Positions 26,023-34,937 of a DNA stretch of 40,659 bases are shown in pieces (within the stretch, counting starts at the first letter, position 1; the number at the start of each line of letters is the position of its first letter). The position numbers were made by a program, and so were the translations under genes. The notes beneath the pieces were generated by a model, which saw nothing but the letters and a program-made list of their open reading frames with translations, made no database searches and had not been told where the DNA came from. Source of the DNA: a virus (lineage: Duplodnaviria > Caudoviricetes). The stretch covers positions 1-40,659 of IMG/VR virus record IMGVR_UViG_3300048848_000255; one strand, written 5' to 3'.

Positions 26023-26841
26023 ATGTCTACCCCTTTTGTTCTCGTTTCCCCAACTGCGCCTGCTGCCGGCTACATCGGCGGCAAACGCAACCTTGCTAAG
26101 CGTGTCTGCGCCCTCATCGATGCCACTCCGCATACCAGCTACGCCGAACCGTTCGTCGGCATGGGCGGCATCTTCCTGCGCCGCACGCGCCGTCCCCGCG
26201 CCGAGGCGATCAACGATATCTCCGGTGACGTGGTGGGCCTGTTCCGCTGCCTGGCAGAGCATTACCCCTACCTGGTCGACATGCTGCGCTTCCGGGTCAC
26301 GAGCCGGGCGGAGTTCCAGCGCTTGCTGGCGGTGGCGCCGGAGACCCTGACGGATCTGCAGCGCGCCGTGCGCTTCCTCTACCTCCAGCGCCTCGCCTTC
26401 GGCGGCAAGGTGTCGGGGCGCAACTTCGGCGTCGACGCCGCCGCGCCAGCGCGGTTCGATGTTGGCAAGCTGGAGCCTATGCTCGCCGACATCCACGATC
26501 GCCTGCAGTCCGTCGTGATCGAGCGCCTGCCCTATGGCGACTTCATCCGCCGCTACGATCGTGATGGCGCCCTGTTCTACCTCGATCCGCCCTATTGGGC
26601 CTGCGAGACGGACTATGGCCCCGATGTCTTTGCGCGCGAGGACTTCGCCGCACTGGCGGCGCAGCTCGCCGGCATCAGGGGCAAGTTTCTGATGTCGCTG
26701 AACGACACGGACGGCGTTCGCGAGACCTTCGCCGCCTTCGAAGTGCAGGCGATCGACACCACGTACACGGTTGGCAGCAAGGCCCGGCCGGCGCGCGAGG
26801 TGCTGATCAGCAACTATCCGCTGGCCGCCAACGACGCCTGA
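26023..26841 (+). CDS. Phage N6-adenine DNA methyltransferase (D12 class)
   Basis: YIGGKRNL, YAEPFVGMGGIF (motif I), INDIS, FYLDPPY (motif IV), EVLISNY; ATG 26023 with AGGA RBS. Confidence 0.92.
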   Translation: MSTPFVLVSPTAPAAGYIGGKRNLAKRVCALIDATPHTSYAEPFVGMGGIFLRRTRRPRAEAINDISGDVVGLFRCLAEHYPYLVDMLRFRVTSRAEFQRLLAVAPETLTDLQRAVRFLYLQRLAFGGKVSGRNFGVDAAAPARFDVGKLEPMLADIHDRLQSVVIERLPYGDFIRRYDRDGALFYLDPPYWACETDYGPDVFAREDFAALAAQLAGIRGKFLMSLNDTDGVRETFAAFEVQAIDTTYTVGSKARPAREVLISNYPLAANDA

Positions 26842-26947
26842 CTCGATGCAATCTTGACCTCTCACCGGCAGCGGACGCTGGATGTCCGCTGTCGGGTGAT
26901 GGTGATCGAGGCCGACTGGCCAAGATGGGTGGTTAGCGGACGTAAGT

Positions 26948-27238
26948 CTACATAACGCGGAGGGTTATCAACGCTGCCAAAGCGATGGACCAGCTTGCTG
27001 CAAATAAGACGGCGGTCAGGCCAACGCTGTGCTTGGATAGCTTGAGACCAAGATACAATGCCGCCGGGGAGAGAAGGAGGGCCGTCTGTAAGGTCAAGCC
27101 AGCGACATTTGACTCAGTCGTCCAGATCGTAAAGCCGGATCCCACAACGAGCATCAACCAGAAGAGCGCGATCAACGCGGCTGCGACCAGTAGCACCCAA
27201 AGGGACATTCTCATCAAGGGAAGGATGTTCGCCGGCAT
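26948..27238 (-). CDS. Small 3-TM membrane protein (accessory)
   Basis: Almost entirely hydrophobic; AT-richer; start may be ATG 27214. Confidence 0.6.
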   Translation of the reverse strand: MPANILPLMRMSLWVLLVAAALIALFWLMLVVGSGFTIWTTESNVAGLTLQTALLLSPAALYLGLKLSKHSVGLTAVLFAASWSIALAALITLRVM

Positions 27239-27372
27239 CGTGGCAGATTACCGCATACGGCGAATGTCCGCAAAGGGGCGTGAGCGGCCGGTCAGCTTGC
27301 GGCATGCTCAACGGCCGGCCAAATGGACAGAAGTGGGTGGTTAGCTGCCTTTCAATACGCTACGCGAGAAGC

Positions 27373-27630
27373 ATGAAAAGCAGCACGGCAAGGCTTCTTC
27401 TGTTCCTCGCGCAGCTCCTCCCTGCAGTCGTGTTTATAGAGTTGGTCCTTGCGCACTCAATCTGGACTGCTCCGCTAGCGTTCGCCGCTATATTTTTGCT
27501 TTTCGGAGTAAAATGTAGGCACTGCGGCCTGCCTGGATGGGACAAAAGCGTCATGGGCACGCGCGTCCCCGTCAGATTAGGCGCGTTCGATGTATGCCCA
27601 CGTTGTGGGCATCAGATGCTGCTAAACTAA
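27373..27630 (+). CDS. Small 2-TM protein with a C-terminal zinc ribbon (accessory)
   Basis: Hydrophobic N-terminal half, then CRHC...CPRC; the stop codon runs into a repeat copy. Confidence 0.6.
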   Translation: MKSSTARLLLFLAQLLPAVVFIELVLAHSIWTAPLAFAAIFLLFGVKCRHCGLPGWDKSVMGTRVPVRLGAFDVCPRCGHQMLLN

Positions 27631-27755
27631 CGTCCGATATGGGGCGTGAACGGACTGGCGGCTTTTGGGCCGAAGTCGCAGATTGCAGACGTCGGTCTTC
27701 GCCTCGGCAGCAGAGCTTCGGTGCCAGCGTACCTCTAACGTCCGCGTAGCGGCAG

Positions 27756-27775
27756 CGGGCCGGGCGGCCGTCCCG
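27756..27775 (+). promoter_or_regulatory. Late-promoter activator site CGGG-N12-CCCG upstream of V
   Basis: CGGGCCGGGCGGCCGTCCCG is the reverse complement of the 9673 site with one mismatch; 46 nt before ATG 27822. Confidence 0.75.
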
Positions 27776-27821
27776 CTGCGGGGCCGCGCATGGACGCCGC
27801 AGCGTCGCCATGGTCGCGATC

Positions 27822-28394
27822 ATGGCCCGTTCCGTAGATCCTGCTCAGCTGACCGGCGAAGTCGTCCAGATCGGCACGATCGCGTCCGTCGACCACGCAT
27901 CCGGCACCTGCACCGTCATCATCGGCGACCTGACCACCGGTGATCTGCCCTGGCTCGCCCCACGCGCGGGCGGCGTGAAGATCTGGTCGCCGCCATCCGT
28001 AGGCGAGCAGGTGATTGTGCTCTGCGCGGAAGCCGATCTCGCTTTGGGGCTGGTGCTGCCCGGTATCACTTCTAACGCCAACCCTGCCCCGTCATCGTCA
28101 GCCGACCTGGTGCTGATCGAGATGCCGGATGGCGCCACCCTGTCATACGATCATGCGGCGCATGCACTGGCGGCCATCCTGCCTGCTGGCGGCACCGCTA
28201 CGATCGACGCGCCCGGCGGGCTGACCTTCAATGCCGATGTCACGATCAACGGCCGCACGATCATGAACGGCGACGTCGATGTCGACGGCAAGGTTGCCGC
28301 CAGCACCGACATGACCGCCGCCGGCATCAGCCTGAAGTCGCACCTGCACCCCGGCGTCCAGGCCGGCGGCGCGAAGACCCGGCCGCCCGAATGA
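27822..28394 (+). CDS. V: Baseplate spike protein V
   Basis: GTIASVD, LPWLAPRAG, WSPPSVGEQV, PDGATLSYD, C-terminal SLKSHLHPGV (HxH). Confidence 0.95.
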   Translation: MARSVDPAQLTGEVVQIGTIASVDHASGTCTVIIGDLTTGDLPWLAPRAGGVKIWSPPSVGEQVIVLCAEADLALGLVLPGITSNANPAPSSSADLVLIEMPDGATLSYDHAAHALAAILPAGGTATIDAPGGLTFNADVTINGRTIMNGDVDVDGKVAASTDMTAAGISLKSHLHPGVQAGGAKTRPPE

Positions 28395-28738
28395 CCGGCA
28401 TGTCGCGCACCGGCGGCGCCGAGATCGACGGCCTGGACCATATCCGCCAGTCGGTCGGCGACATCCTCGGCACCGCTGTCGGCACCCGCGCCGGCCGCCG
28501 CGACTATGGCTCGCTGCTGCCCCGCCTGATCGATCAGCCGATGAACGGCGCAGGCCTGCTGCGCGTCTATGCCGCCACCGCGTTGGCGCTGGCCCGGTGG
28601 GAGAACCGCATCCGGCTGCGCCGTGTGCAGCTCGCCGCCGGCGAGAAGCCCGGCGCCGCGACCCTGATCATCGATGCCGTGCGGACGGACACCGCCGCCG
28701 GCGACGCCGCCCGCCTCGTCCTGCCCCTCAAGCCCTGA
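28391..28738 (+). CDS. W: Baseplate protein W (gp25-like)
   Basis: GMSRTGG, DHIRQSVGDILGT.VGTR..RRDYGS.LP.LIDQP, ALARWENRI. Confidence 0.95.
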   Translation: MTGMSRTGGAEIDGLDHIRQSVGDILGTAVGTRAGRRDYGSLLPRLIDQPMNGAGLLRVYAATALALARWENRIRLRRVQLAAGEKPGAATLIIDAVRTDTAAGDAARLVLPLKP

Positions 28739-28756
28739 CCCTTCAAGGAACTGCCC

Positions 28757-29932
28757 ATGGCCTTCAAGCACGGAATCACCATTGCCGAGATCACCAGCGG
28801 CGCCCGCACGCTGACCGCGATCTCCACCGCCATCATCGGTCTGGTCGCTACGGCCGACGATGCCGACCCCGTCACCTTCCCGCTGGATACGCCGGCGCTG
28901 ATCACCGATATCGAGACGGCAATCGGCAAGGCAGGCAAGGAAGGCACGCTCGCGATCGCGCTGCGCGCCATTGCCGACCAAACCCGCCCGGTGATGGTGG
29001 TGGTGCGCGTGGCGGAAGGGGACACCCCTGCGGCGGTCGCCAGCAACACCATCGGCATCACGCTGCCCAATGGTCGGCGAACCGGCATGCAGGCGCTGCT
29101 GGATGCAAAGGACATCCTGGGCATCAAGCCGAAGATCCTCGGCACACCGGGACTGGAATCGCAGGCGGTCACCACCGCGCTGGCCGTGGTGGCGCAGAAG
29201 CTGCGCGGCTTCGGCTATGCCCGCGCGATCGGCACCACCGTTCCGGAGCTGACCGCCTATCGCGCCCTGTTCGCCGCGCGCGAGCTGATGCTGCTGGCGC
29301 CCGACTTCATCGCCTTCGATCCGGTCGCCGAAGCCAACGTCACCAGCTATGCCGCCGCCCGCGCCATGGGCCTGCGCGCGCTGATCGATGAACAGGTCGG
29401 CCCGCACAAGACGCTGTCCAACACCGCCGTCGCCGGCGTGCTGGGCGTCACGCAGCCGATGCGCTGGGATATCGAGGATCAGTCGACCGATGCTGCCCTG
29501 CTGAACGCTGCCGAGGTGACCGCCGTGGTGCGCACCGATGCCGGCTTCCGCTTCTGGGGCAACCGCACCGCGGCGGAGAGCGGCAGCCCGTTCGCCTTCG
29601 AAGGCACCGTGCGCGTCGCCCAGCTGCTGACCGACACCATCGTGCACGGCATGCTGTGGGCGATCGACAAGCCGCTGACGCCCAGCCTGGCGAAGGACAT
29701 CATCGAGACCGTCAACGGCCTGTTTCGCGGGCTGAAGGCCGCCGGCGTGATCCTCGGTGCCACGGCCTGGTTCGATGAGGCGAACAACGACATCGCCGGC
29801 CTGCGCGCCGGCAAGCTGCGGATCGACTTCGACTACACCGTGCCGCCGCCGCTGGAAGACCTCGGCTTCAACCAGCACATCACTGACAGCTACTTCGCCG
29901 ATTTCAGCGCGCAGCTGGCGGCCGACGTCTGA
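28757..29932 (+). CDS. FI: Tail sheath protein FI
   Basis: HGITIAEI, TAIIGLVATADDAD...FPLDTP, KPKILGTPG, ARAMGLRA.ID, HKTLSN, GFRFWGNRT, DYTVPPPLEDL. Confidence 0.97.
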   Translation: MAFKHGITIAEITSGARTLTAISTAIIGLVATADDADPVTFPLDTPALITDIETAIGKAGKEGTLAIALRAIADQTRPVMVVVRVAEGDTPAAVASNTIGITLPNGRRTGMQALLDAKDILGIKPKILGTPGLESQAVTTALAVVAQKLRGFGYARAIGTTVPELTAYRALFAARELMLLAPDFIAFDPVAEANVTSYAAARAMGLRALIDEQVGPHKTLSNTAVAGVLGVTQPMRWDIEDQSTDAALLNAAEVTAVVRTDAGFRFWGNRTAAESGSPFAFEGTVRVAQLLTDTIVHGMLWAIDKPLTPSLAKDIIETVNGLFRGLKAAGVILGATAWFDEANNDIAGLRAGKLRIDFDYTVPPPLEDLGFNQHITDSYFADFSAQLAADV

Positions 29933-29979
29933 TCGCCCGCACCGCCTGATCACCCCCGCTTTCACAGGAGTTTGTCACC

Positions 29980-30492
29980 ATGGGTATGCCCCGCGTCCTG
30001 AAGGACATGATGCTGTTCAACGAAGGCCTCGCCTACCAGGGCGAGGCGAAGACCGTCACCCTGCCCACGCTGACCCGCAAGATGGAGGAGCATCGCGGCG
30101 CCGGCATGAGCGGCGCGCTGCAGATGGACATGGGCATGGAGGCCATGGAGCTGTCGTTCACCTGCGGCGGGCCGATGCGCCAGGTGCTGCGTCAGTGGGG
30201 CGTGCCGACCATCGACGGCGTCTACGTCCGCTTCGCCGGCAACTATCAGCGCGATGACACCGGCGACATCGACCACATCGAGGTGATCGCGCGCGGTCGC
30301 CATTCCGAGATCGAGATGGGCGACCAGGAGACCGGCGAGGCCAGCGACTTCAACGTCACCATGGCGCTCGCCTACTTCAAGCTGGTCTGGAACGGCCGCG
30401 TCGAGATGGAGATCGATCCCATCAACATGATCGAGTTGGTCAACGGCATCGACCGCTTGGCCGAACGCCGAGCCCTGCTCGGCGTCTACTAA
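29980..30492 (+). CDS. FII: Tail tube protein FII
   Basis: MPRVLK..LFNEG, LPTLTRKMEEHRGAGM, RFAGNYQRDDTG, RGRHSEIEMG, EIDPINM. Confidence 0.97.
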   Translation: MGMPRVLKDMMLFNEGLAYQGEAKTVTLPTLTRKMEEHRGAGMSGALQMDMGMEAMELSFTCGGPMRQVLRQWGVPTIDGVYVRFAGNYQRDDTGDIDHIEVIARGRHSEIEMGDQETGEASDFNVTMALAYFKLVWNGRVEMEIDPINMIELVNGIDRLAERRALLGVY

Positions 30493-30508
30493 TCGCCTCC
30501 CTGAGCCT

Positions 30509-30537
30509 CGGCCCGGCCCAGCGCCGGGCCGCCTTTT
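30509..30537 (+). terminator. Intrinsic terminator-like hairpin after FII
   Basis: CGGCCCGGC-CCAGC-GCCGGGCCG then CCTTTT. Confidence 0.55.
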
Positions 30538-30563
30538 CCCGCATCTGATCTCCGGAGCCTGCC

Positions 30564-30866
30564 ATGACCGCCGCCGTCCTGTCCCCCATCATCACCCTCG
30601 ACACGCCGATTCAGCGCGGCGAAACCACCATCGACACGCTGCAGCTACGCAAGCCCAAGTCGGGAGAGCTGCGCGGCTTGTCCCTGGTCGATCTTGGCCA
30701 GCTGAAGGTCGATGCCCTGACCAAGATCCTGCCGCGCGTCGCGCTGCCCACCATCACCGAAGCGGAAGCGGCCGATCTCGACCCGGCCGACCTGCTGGCC
30801 TGCGGCGCGGAGATCGGCGGTTTTTTGCTGCAGAAGTCGCAGCGCACGGATGTCCTCGATCAGTAG
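30564..30866 (+). CDS. E: Tail assembly chaperone E
   Basis: ITLDTPIQRGE, LRKPKSGELRGLSL, LPRV..P, LDPADL, GFLL. Confidence 0.93.
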   Translation: MTAAVLSPIITLDTPIQRGETTIDTLQLRKPKSGELRGLSLVDLGQLKVDALTKILPRVALPTITEAEAADLDPADLLACGAEIGGFLLQKSQRTDVLDQ

Positions 30867-31012
30867 ACGACGCGATGGCGGACGTGGCGATCATCTTCCA
30901 CTGGCCGCCTGCTGCAATGGACGGGATGGGCCTGTCCGAACTGATGGGCTGGCGCGCGCAGGCCGCGCGCCGGTCGCAAGCCCCTGACAAACCGAAGCCC
31001 GGGAAACGCTGA
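30821..31012 (+). CDS. E': E' extension reached by a programmed -1 frameshift (gpE+E')
   Basis: TTTTTTG slippery site at 30821-30827 as in P2; the -1 frame is open through MADVAIIFHWPP...LSELMGWR to TGA 31010-31012. Confidence 0.88.
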   Translation, partial: FFAAEVAAHGCPRSVDDAMADVAIIFHWPPAAMDGMGLSELMGWRAQAARRSQAPDKPKPGKR

Positions 31013-33459
31013 TGGCCGACCGCAACCTGCGCATGCAGATCATCCTAGAAGGCCTGGACAAGCTGACCGCCCCGCTTCGCCAGATCTCCGGCGCCTCCAC
31101 CGGCGCGCGCGCCGATCTGGCGAAATTGGGGGCCGAGCTGAAGGACCTGGAGAAGGTGCAGCGTCAGGTTGGCGAGTTCCGCCACCTGAAGATCGGCCTG
31201 CGCGACAGCGAGACGGCGATGCAGCAGGCGCAGGCGCGCGCCACCGCGCTCGGCCGCGACCTCGCCCAGACGGAGAACCCCACCCGCAAGATGCGGCAGG
31301 AATTCGAGAAGGCGCGCCGCAGCGCCGAGCAGCTGAGCGATAGCCATCGCCAGCAGCAGGTGCGCCTCAATGCACTGCGGTCCGACCTGTCGGCCGCCGG
31401 CATCTCGACCCGCGACATGGCGAACGAGGAACGGCGGCTGCGCGGCGAGATCGACCGGGTGAACGATGCCATGCGCGAGCGCACCACGCATCTGGAGCGC
31501 GCCGGCCGGGCGCAGCGCGACGCGCAGAAGCTGCAGGATCTGGGCGGCAAGGCAACCGGCGCCGGCATCGGCATGATCGCTGCCGGTACCGCCACCGCCG
31601 CGCCGCTGTTCATCGCCACCGAACAGGCCATGACGCTGGAAAGCGCGATGGCCAATGTGCGCAAGGTGGTGGATTTCCCCACGCCCAAGGCCTTCAGCCA
31701 GATGTCGACCGACATCTTGGACATGAGCACCCGCATTCCGATGGCGGCGGAAGGAATCGCGCAGATCGTCGCCGAGGCCGGGCGCGCCAATGTGCCGCGC
31801 AAGGAGCTGCTGGCCTTCGCCGAGGATGCCGCCAAGATGGGCGTCGCCTTCGAGATGGAGGCGGCAGACGCCGGGCAGACCATGGCCAAGTGGCGCACGG
31901 CCTTCGGCATGACGCAGGCCCATACGGTAAGCCTGGCCGATCGCATCAACGCGCTGACCAACGCCTATGGCGGCAATGTCGGCGCCGTCACCGAGATGGT
32001 CACTCGCATCGGCCCGCTCGGCAATGTCGCCGGCGTCGCCGCGCCGCAGATCGCGTCCATGGCGCAGCTCCTGTCCGCCGTGGGCGTGGAAAGCGAGATC
32101 GGCGCCACCGGCATCAAGAACATGATGCTGGCGCTGACCAAGGGCGAGGCCGCCACCAAGTCGCAGAACGAGGCATTCTCCGCGCTGGGGCTGAACGCCG
32201 TCCAGGTGGCGAAGGACATGCAGCGCGACGCTGGCGGCACGATCCTCTCCGTCATGCAGCGACTGCAGGCGCTGCCCAAAGAAGCGCAGGCTGGCATGCT
32301 GACGGAGCTGTTCGGCTCGGAAAGCGTGGCCGCGATCGCGCCCATGCTGACCAGCCTCGATCAGATGCGGACGAACTTCGCCATGGTCGGCGACAGCAGC
32401 AAGTATGCGGGATCCATGAACCGGGAGTTCCTGGCCGCCACCGCGACCACCGCGGGCGCCACCGGCCTCGCCGGCAATGCCCTGTCCGCGCTCAACATCA
32501 CCATGGGTCAGATGCTGCTGCCCACCGTGGTCGCGATCTCGGAAAAGGTCCGCAGCGCGGCGAACGTCCTGCGAGGATGGGCGGCGGAGAACCCGCGCCT
32601 GGCCAAGGCGGTGATGATCTTCCTGGCGGTCGGCGCTGGCCTGCTGATCCTGCTGGGCGGTCTCGCCCTCGCCTTCGGTGCGGTCGCCGCCGCCACTGCG
32701 CCGCTGGTCGCCATCCTCGGCATCACCATCGGCGCACTGTTCGGATGGATGATCGCCATCGTCGCCGCGGTCGCCGCCGTCGCTGCTGCGATCTACATGG
32801 TCTACGACAACTGGGACGCGATCACCGGATGGTTCGCCAATCTGTGGGCCGGGCTGAAGGCGATCGTCAGCGATGCCCTGGCCGCGTTCGTGCAGTCGTT
32901 CCTGTCGTTCACGCCGCTCGGCCTGCTGATGTCCGCCTTTGCCCCTGCCCTCGCCTGGCTGCGCGGTCTCGACTTCGGGCAGATCGGTCGCGACCTGATC
33001 AACGGCCTGATCCGCGGCATCACCGGAAGGCTGGCCGCGCTGCAATCGACCGTGATCAACGTCGCCAGCTCGGTCGCCAACTGGTTCAAGCAGAAGCTGG
33101 GCATCCACTCGCCATCCCGCGTCTTCGCCGGCCTGGGCGGCTTCGTGATGGATGGCCTCGATCAGGGCCTCGCCGACAACAGCGGCGGCCCGCTCGGCCG
33201 CATCACCGATATAGCCGGGCAGATGACCCGCGCGCTGGCGGTCGGGGCCGGCAGCAGCGCGATCGCCGCATCGATCACGCCGGCGGCCGCGCAGGCCGGA
33301 CCAGCTTCCGCTGCTTCCACGACCGGCGATCGATACGAGTTCCATATCCATGTCGGCGCTGGCGCTGATGCGCAGGACATCGGCGCAGCGATCCGCCGTG
33401 AACTGGAGCAGATCGAACGCGAACGCCGAGGTCGCGGCTTCGGCGATGACGGAGATTGA
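31012..33459 (+). CDS. T: Tail tape measure protein T
   Basis: 815 aa, Ala-rich helical; ESAMANVRKVVDF, LFGSES, KLGIHSPSRVF. Confidence 0.95.
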   Translation: MADRNLRMQIILEGLDKLTAPLRQISGASTGARADLAKLGAELKDLEKVQRQVGEFRHLKIGLRDSETAMQQAQARATALGRDLAQTENPTRKMRQEFEKARRSAEQLSDSHRQQQVRLNALRSDLSAAGISTRDMANEERRLRGEIDRVNDAMRERTTHLERAGRAQRDAQKLQDLGGKATGAGIGMIAAGTATAAPLFIATEQAMTLESAMANVRKVVDFPTPKAFSQMSTDILDMSTRIPMAAEGIAQIVAEAGRANVPRKELLAFAEDAAKMGVAFEMEAADAGQTMAKWRTAFGMTQAHTVSLADRINALTNAYGGNVGAVTEMVTRIGPLGNVAGVAAPQIASMAQLLSAVGVESEIGATGIKNMMLALTKGEAATKSQNEAFSALGLNAVQVAKDMQRDAGGTILSVMQRLQALPKEAQAGMLTELFGSESVAAIAPMLTSLDQMRTNFAMVGDSSKYAGSMNREFLAATATTAGATGLAGNALSALNITMGQMLLPTVVAISEKVRSAANVLRGWAAENPRLAKAVMIFLAVGAGLLILLGGLALAFGAVAAATAPLVAILGITIGALFGWMIAIVAAVAAVAAAIYMVYDNWDAITGWFANLWAGLKAIVSDALAAFVQSFLSFTPLGLLMSAFAPALAWLRGLDFGQIGRDLINGLIRGITGRLAALQSTVINVASSVANWFKQKLGIHSPSRVFAGLGGFVMDGLDQGLADNSGGPLGRITDIAGQMTRALAVGAGSSAIAASITPAAAQAGPASAASTTGDRYEFHIHVGAGADAQDIGAAIRRELEQIERERRGRGFGDDGD

Positions 33460-33462
33460 CCC

Positions 33463-33873
33463 ATGCACCTGATGGCCCTTGGCATGTTCCTCTTCCAGAT
33501 CGGAACGCTCGGCGTGGACGAGCTGCAGCGCCGCAGCGACTGGCAGCACGCCCGCAGTCCGCGCATCGGTGCCCGCGACGCTGCGCAGTTCCTCGGCCGG
33601 GGGGACGAGACGATCAGCCTGTCAGGCACGATCTACACCGAACTGGCGGACGGGCGGGTGTCGCTGGACGAGCTGCGCACCATGGCCGATGCCGGCGAGA
33701 CGGTGCCGCTGGTCGGCGGCGATGGCACGATCTGGGGCAGCTTCGTCCTGCTCTCGATCGATGAGAAGCACACCAGCCTGATGACGGACGGCACGCCGCG
33801 CCGGATCGACTTCGGCATTGAGCTGCTGCGCCTGGACGATCCGGCGCCGGCGGCGGCGGAGCCAGCGGCATGA
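33463..33873 (+). CDS. U: Tail protein U
   Basis: LMALGMFLF, LQRRSDWQH, QFLGRGDETISLSG, DGTPRRIDF. Confidence 0.93.
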   Translation: MHLMALGMFLFQIGTLGVDELQRRSDWQHARSPRIGARDAAQFLGRGDETISLSGTIYTELADGRVSLDELRTMADAGETVPLVGGDGTIWGSFVLLSIDEKHTSLMTDGTPRRIDFGIELLRLDDPAPAAAEPAA

Positions 33874-34886
33874 TCTCCAACGTCCCCGATTGGCGCGTCA
33901 CGCTCGACGACGTGGATCTGACCGATCGCATCCGCCCGCGCCTGGTCTCCCTCACCCTGTCGGAAAAGCGCGGCGACGAAGCCGACCAGCTCGACATCGT
34001 CCTGTCCGATGCCGATGGGCGCCTCGCCATTCCGCCCGAAGGCGCGGTGCTGCGCGTCCACCTGGGCTGGCTGCAAGGCTCGGACGTCACGCCCGGGCTG
34101 ATCGACAAGGGCGCCTTCAAGGTGGACGACGTCACCCATTCCGGCCCGCCCGATCGGATCGCCATCAAGGCGCGAGCGGTCGACTTCAACAGCGACATCC
34201 GCAACCGCCGCTCGCACAGCTGGACGCGCACCATGCTGGGCACCGTGCTGCAGGCGGTCGCTGGACGCAATGGCCTCAGCGCCCGCGTGGCGGCCGATCT
34301 GGGCGCGATCGCACTGCCGGCGGTCCACCAGAGCCGCGAAAGCGATATCGCCTTCCTGCGCCGTCTGGGGCGCGAACACGACGCTGTGGCGACCATCAAG
34401 GCCGGCGCTCTGATCTTCGCCCGCACCGGCGCCGGGCGGACTGCCAGCGGGCAATCCCTGCCGTCGCTCACCCTGACCCGCCGCGATGGCGACGGGCATA
34501 GCTGGCAGCGGCAGCAGCGCGACGGGCAGACCGGCGTCACCGCCAGCTGGCACGATCGCGCCGGCGCCAAGCGGCAGACGGTGACCGTAGGCAAGGCGGA
34601 CGGTGCAAAGCGCCTGCGCCGCGTCTACCCGGACGAGGCCAGCGCCCGGCGCGCGGCCGAAGCGGAACGCGCCCGCCTGGCGCGGGCGCCGGCCACGCTG
34701 GATATGCGCCTGGCGCTCGGTCGACCCGATAGCTTCCCGGAAGCACGGGTCACTGCCACTGGCTTCAAACCAGAAATCGACGCAACCACCTGGTTGATCA
34801 GCGAGGTGACGCACCGGCTCGACAAGAGCGGCGGCTTCCGAACCGATTTGCGAATGGAGACCGTCAACTTACCGCCAATCGGCTAA
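33870..34886 (+). CDS. D: Baseplate hub / late control protein D
   Basis: RLVSLTLSEKRGDEADQLDI, KGAFKVDDVTHSGPPD, QSRESDIAFLRRL, GFKPEID..WLI.EVTH. Confidence 0.95.
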   Translation: MISNVPDWRVTLDDVDLTDRIRPRLVSLTLSEKRGDEADQLDIVLSDADGRLAIPPEGAVLRVHLGWLQGSDVTPGLIDKGAFKVDDVTHSGPPDRIAIKARAVDFNSDIRNRRSHSWTRTMLGTVLQAVAGRNGLSARVAADLGAIALPAVHQSRESDIAFLRRLGREHDAVATIKAGALIFARTGAGRTASGQSLPSLTLTRRDGDGHSWQRQQRDGQTGVTASWHDRAGAKRQTVTVGKADGAKRLRRVYPDEASARRAAEAERARLARAPATLDMRLALGRPDSFPEARVTATGFKPEIDATTWLISEVTHRLDKSGGFRTDLRMETVNLPPIG

Positions 34887-34937
34887 TTCGGCGAAATGCG
34901 TGCAGGGGCTAGACGAGCCTCACTTTGGCTGCTGAAT

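Larger units (their letters stand above)
26862..27760. repeat. Family of imperfect palindromic repeats (GTCCG...GGG...CGGAC type) bounding two small genes
   Basis: Copies at ~26862-26899, ~26914-26943, ~27263-27302, ~27321-27350, ~27629-27670 and a fragment at ~27736. Confidence 0.6.

Noticed and set aside
26862-27760. CRISPR array or canonical integron attC array
   Set aside because: The repeats are degenerate, unevenly spaced and separated by whole genes; no cas or intI gene; no proper RYYYAAC...GTTRRRY ends.
31045-33549. Long antisense or alternate-frame ORFs (also 4-1401, 1103-2479, 7835-8989, 20463-22109, 22402-24063, 28151-29965)
   Set aside because: Shadow ORFs expected from high-GC codon bias opposite or overlapping well-supported genes; no recognisable motifs.
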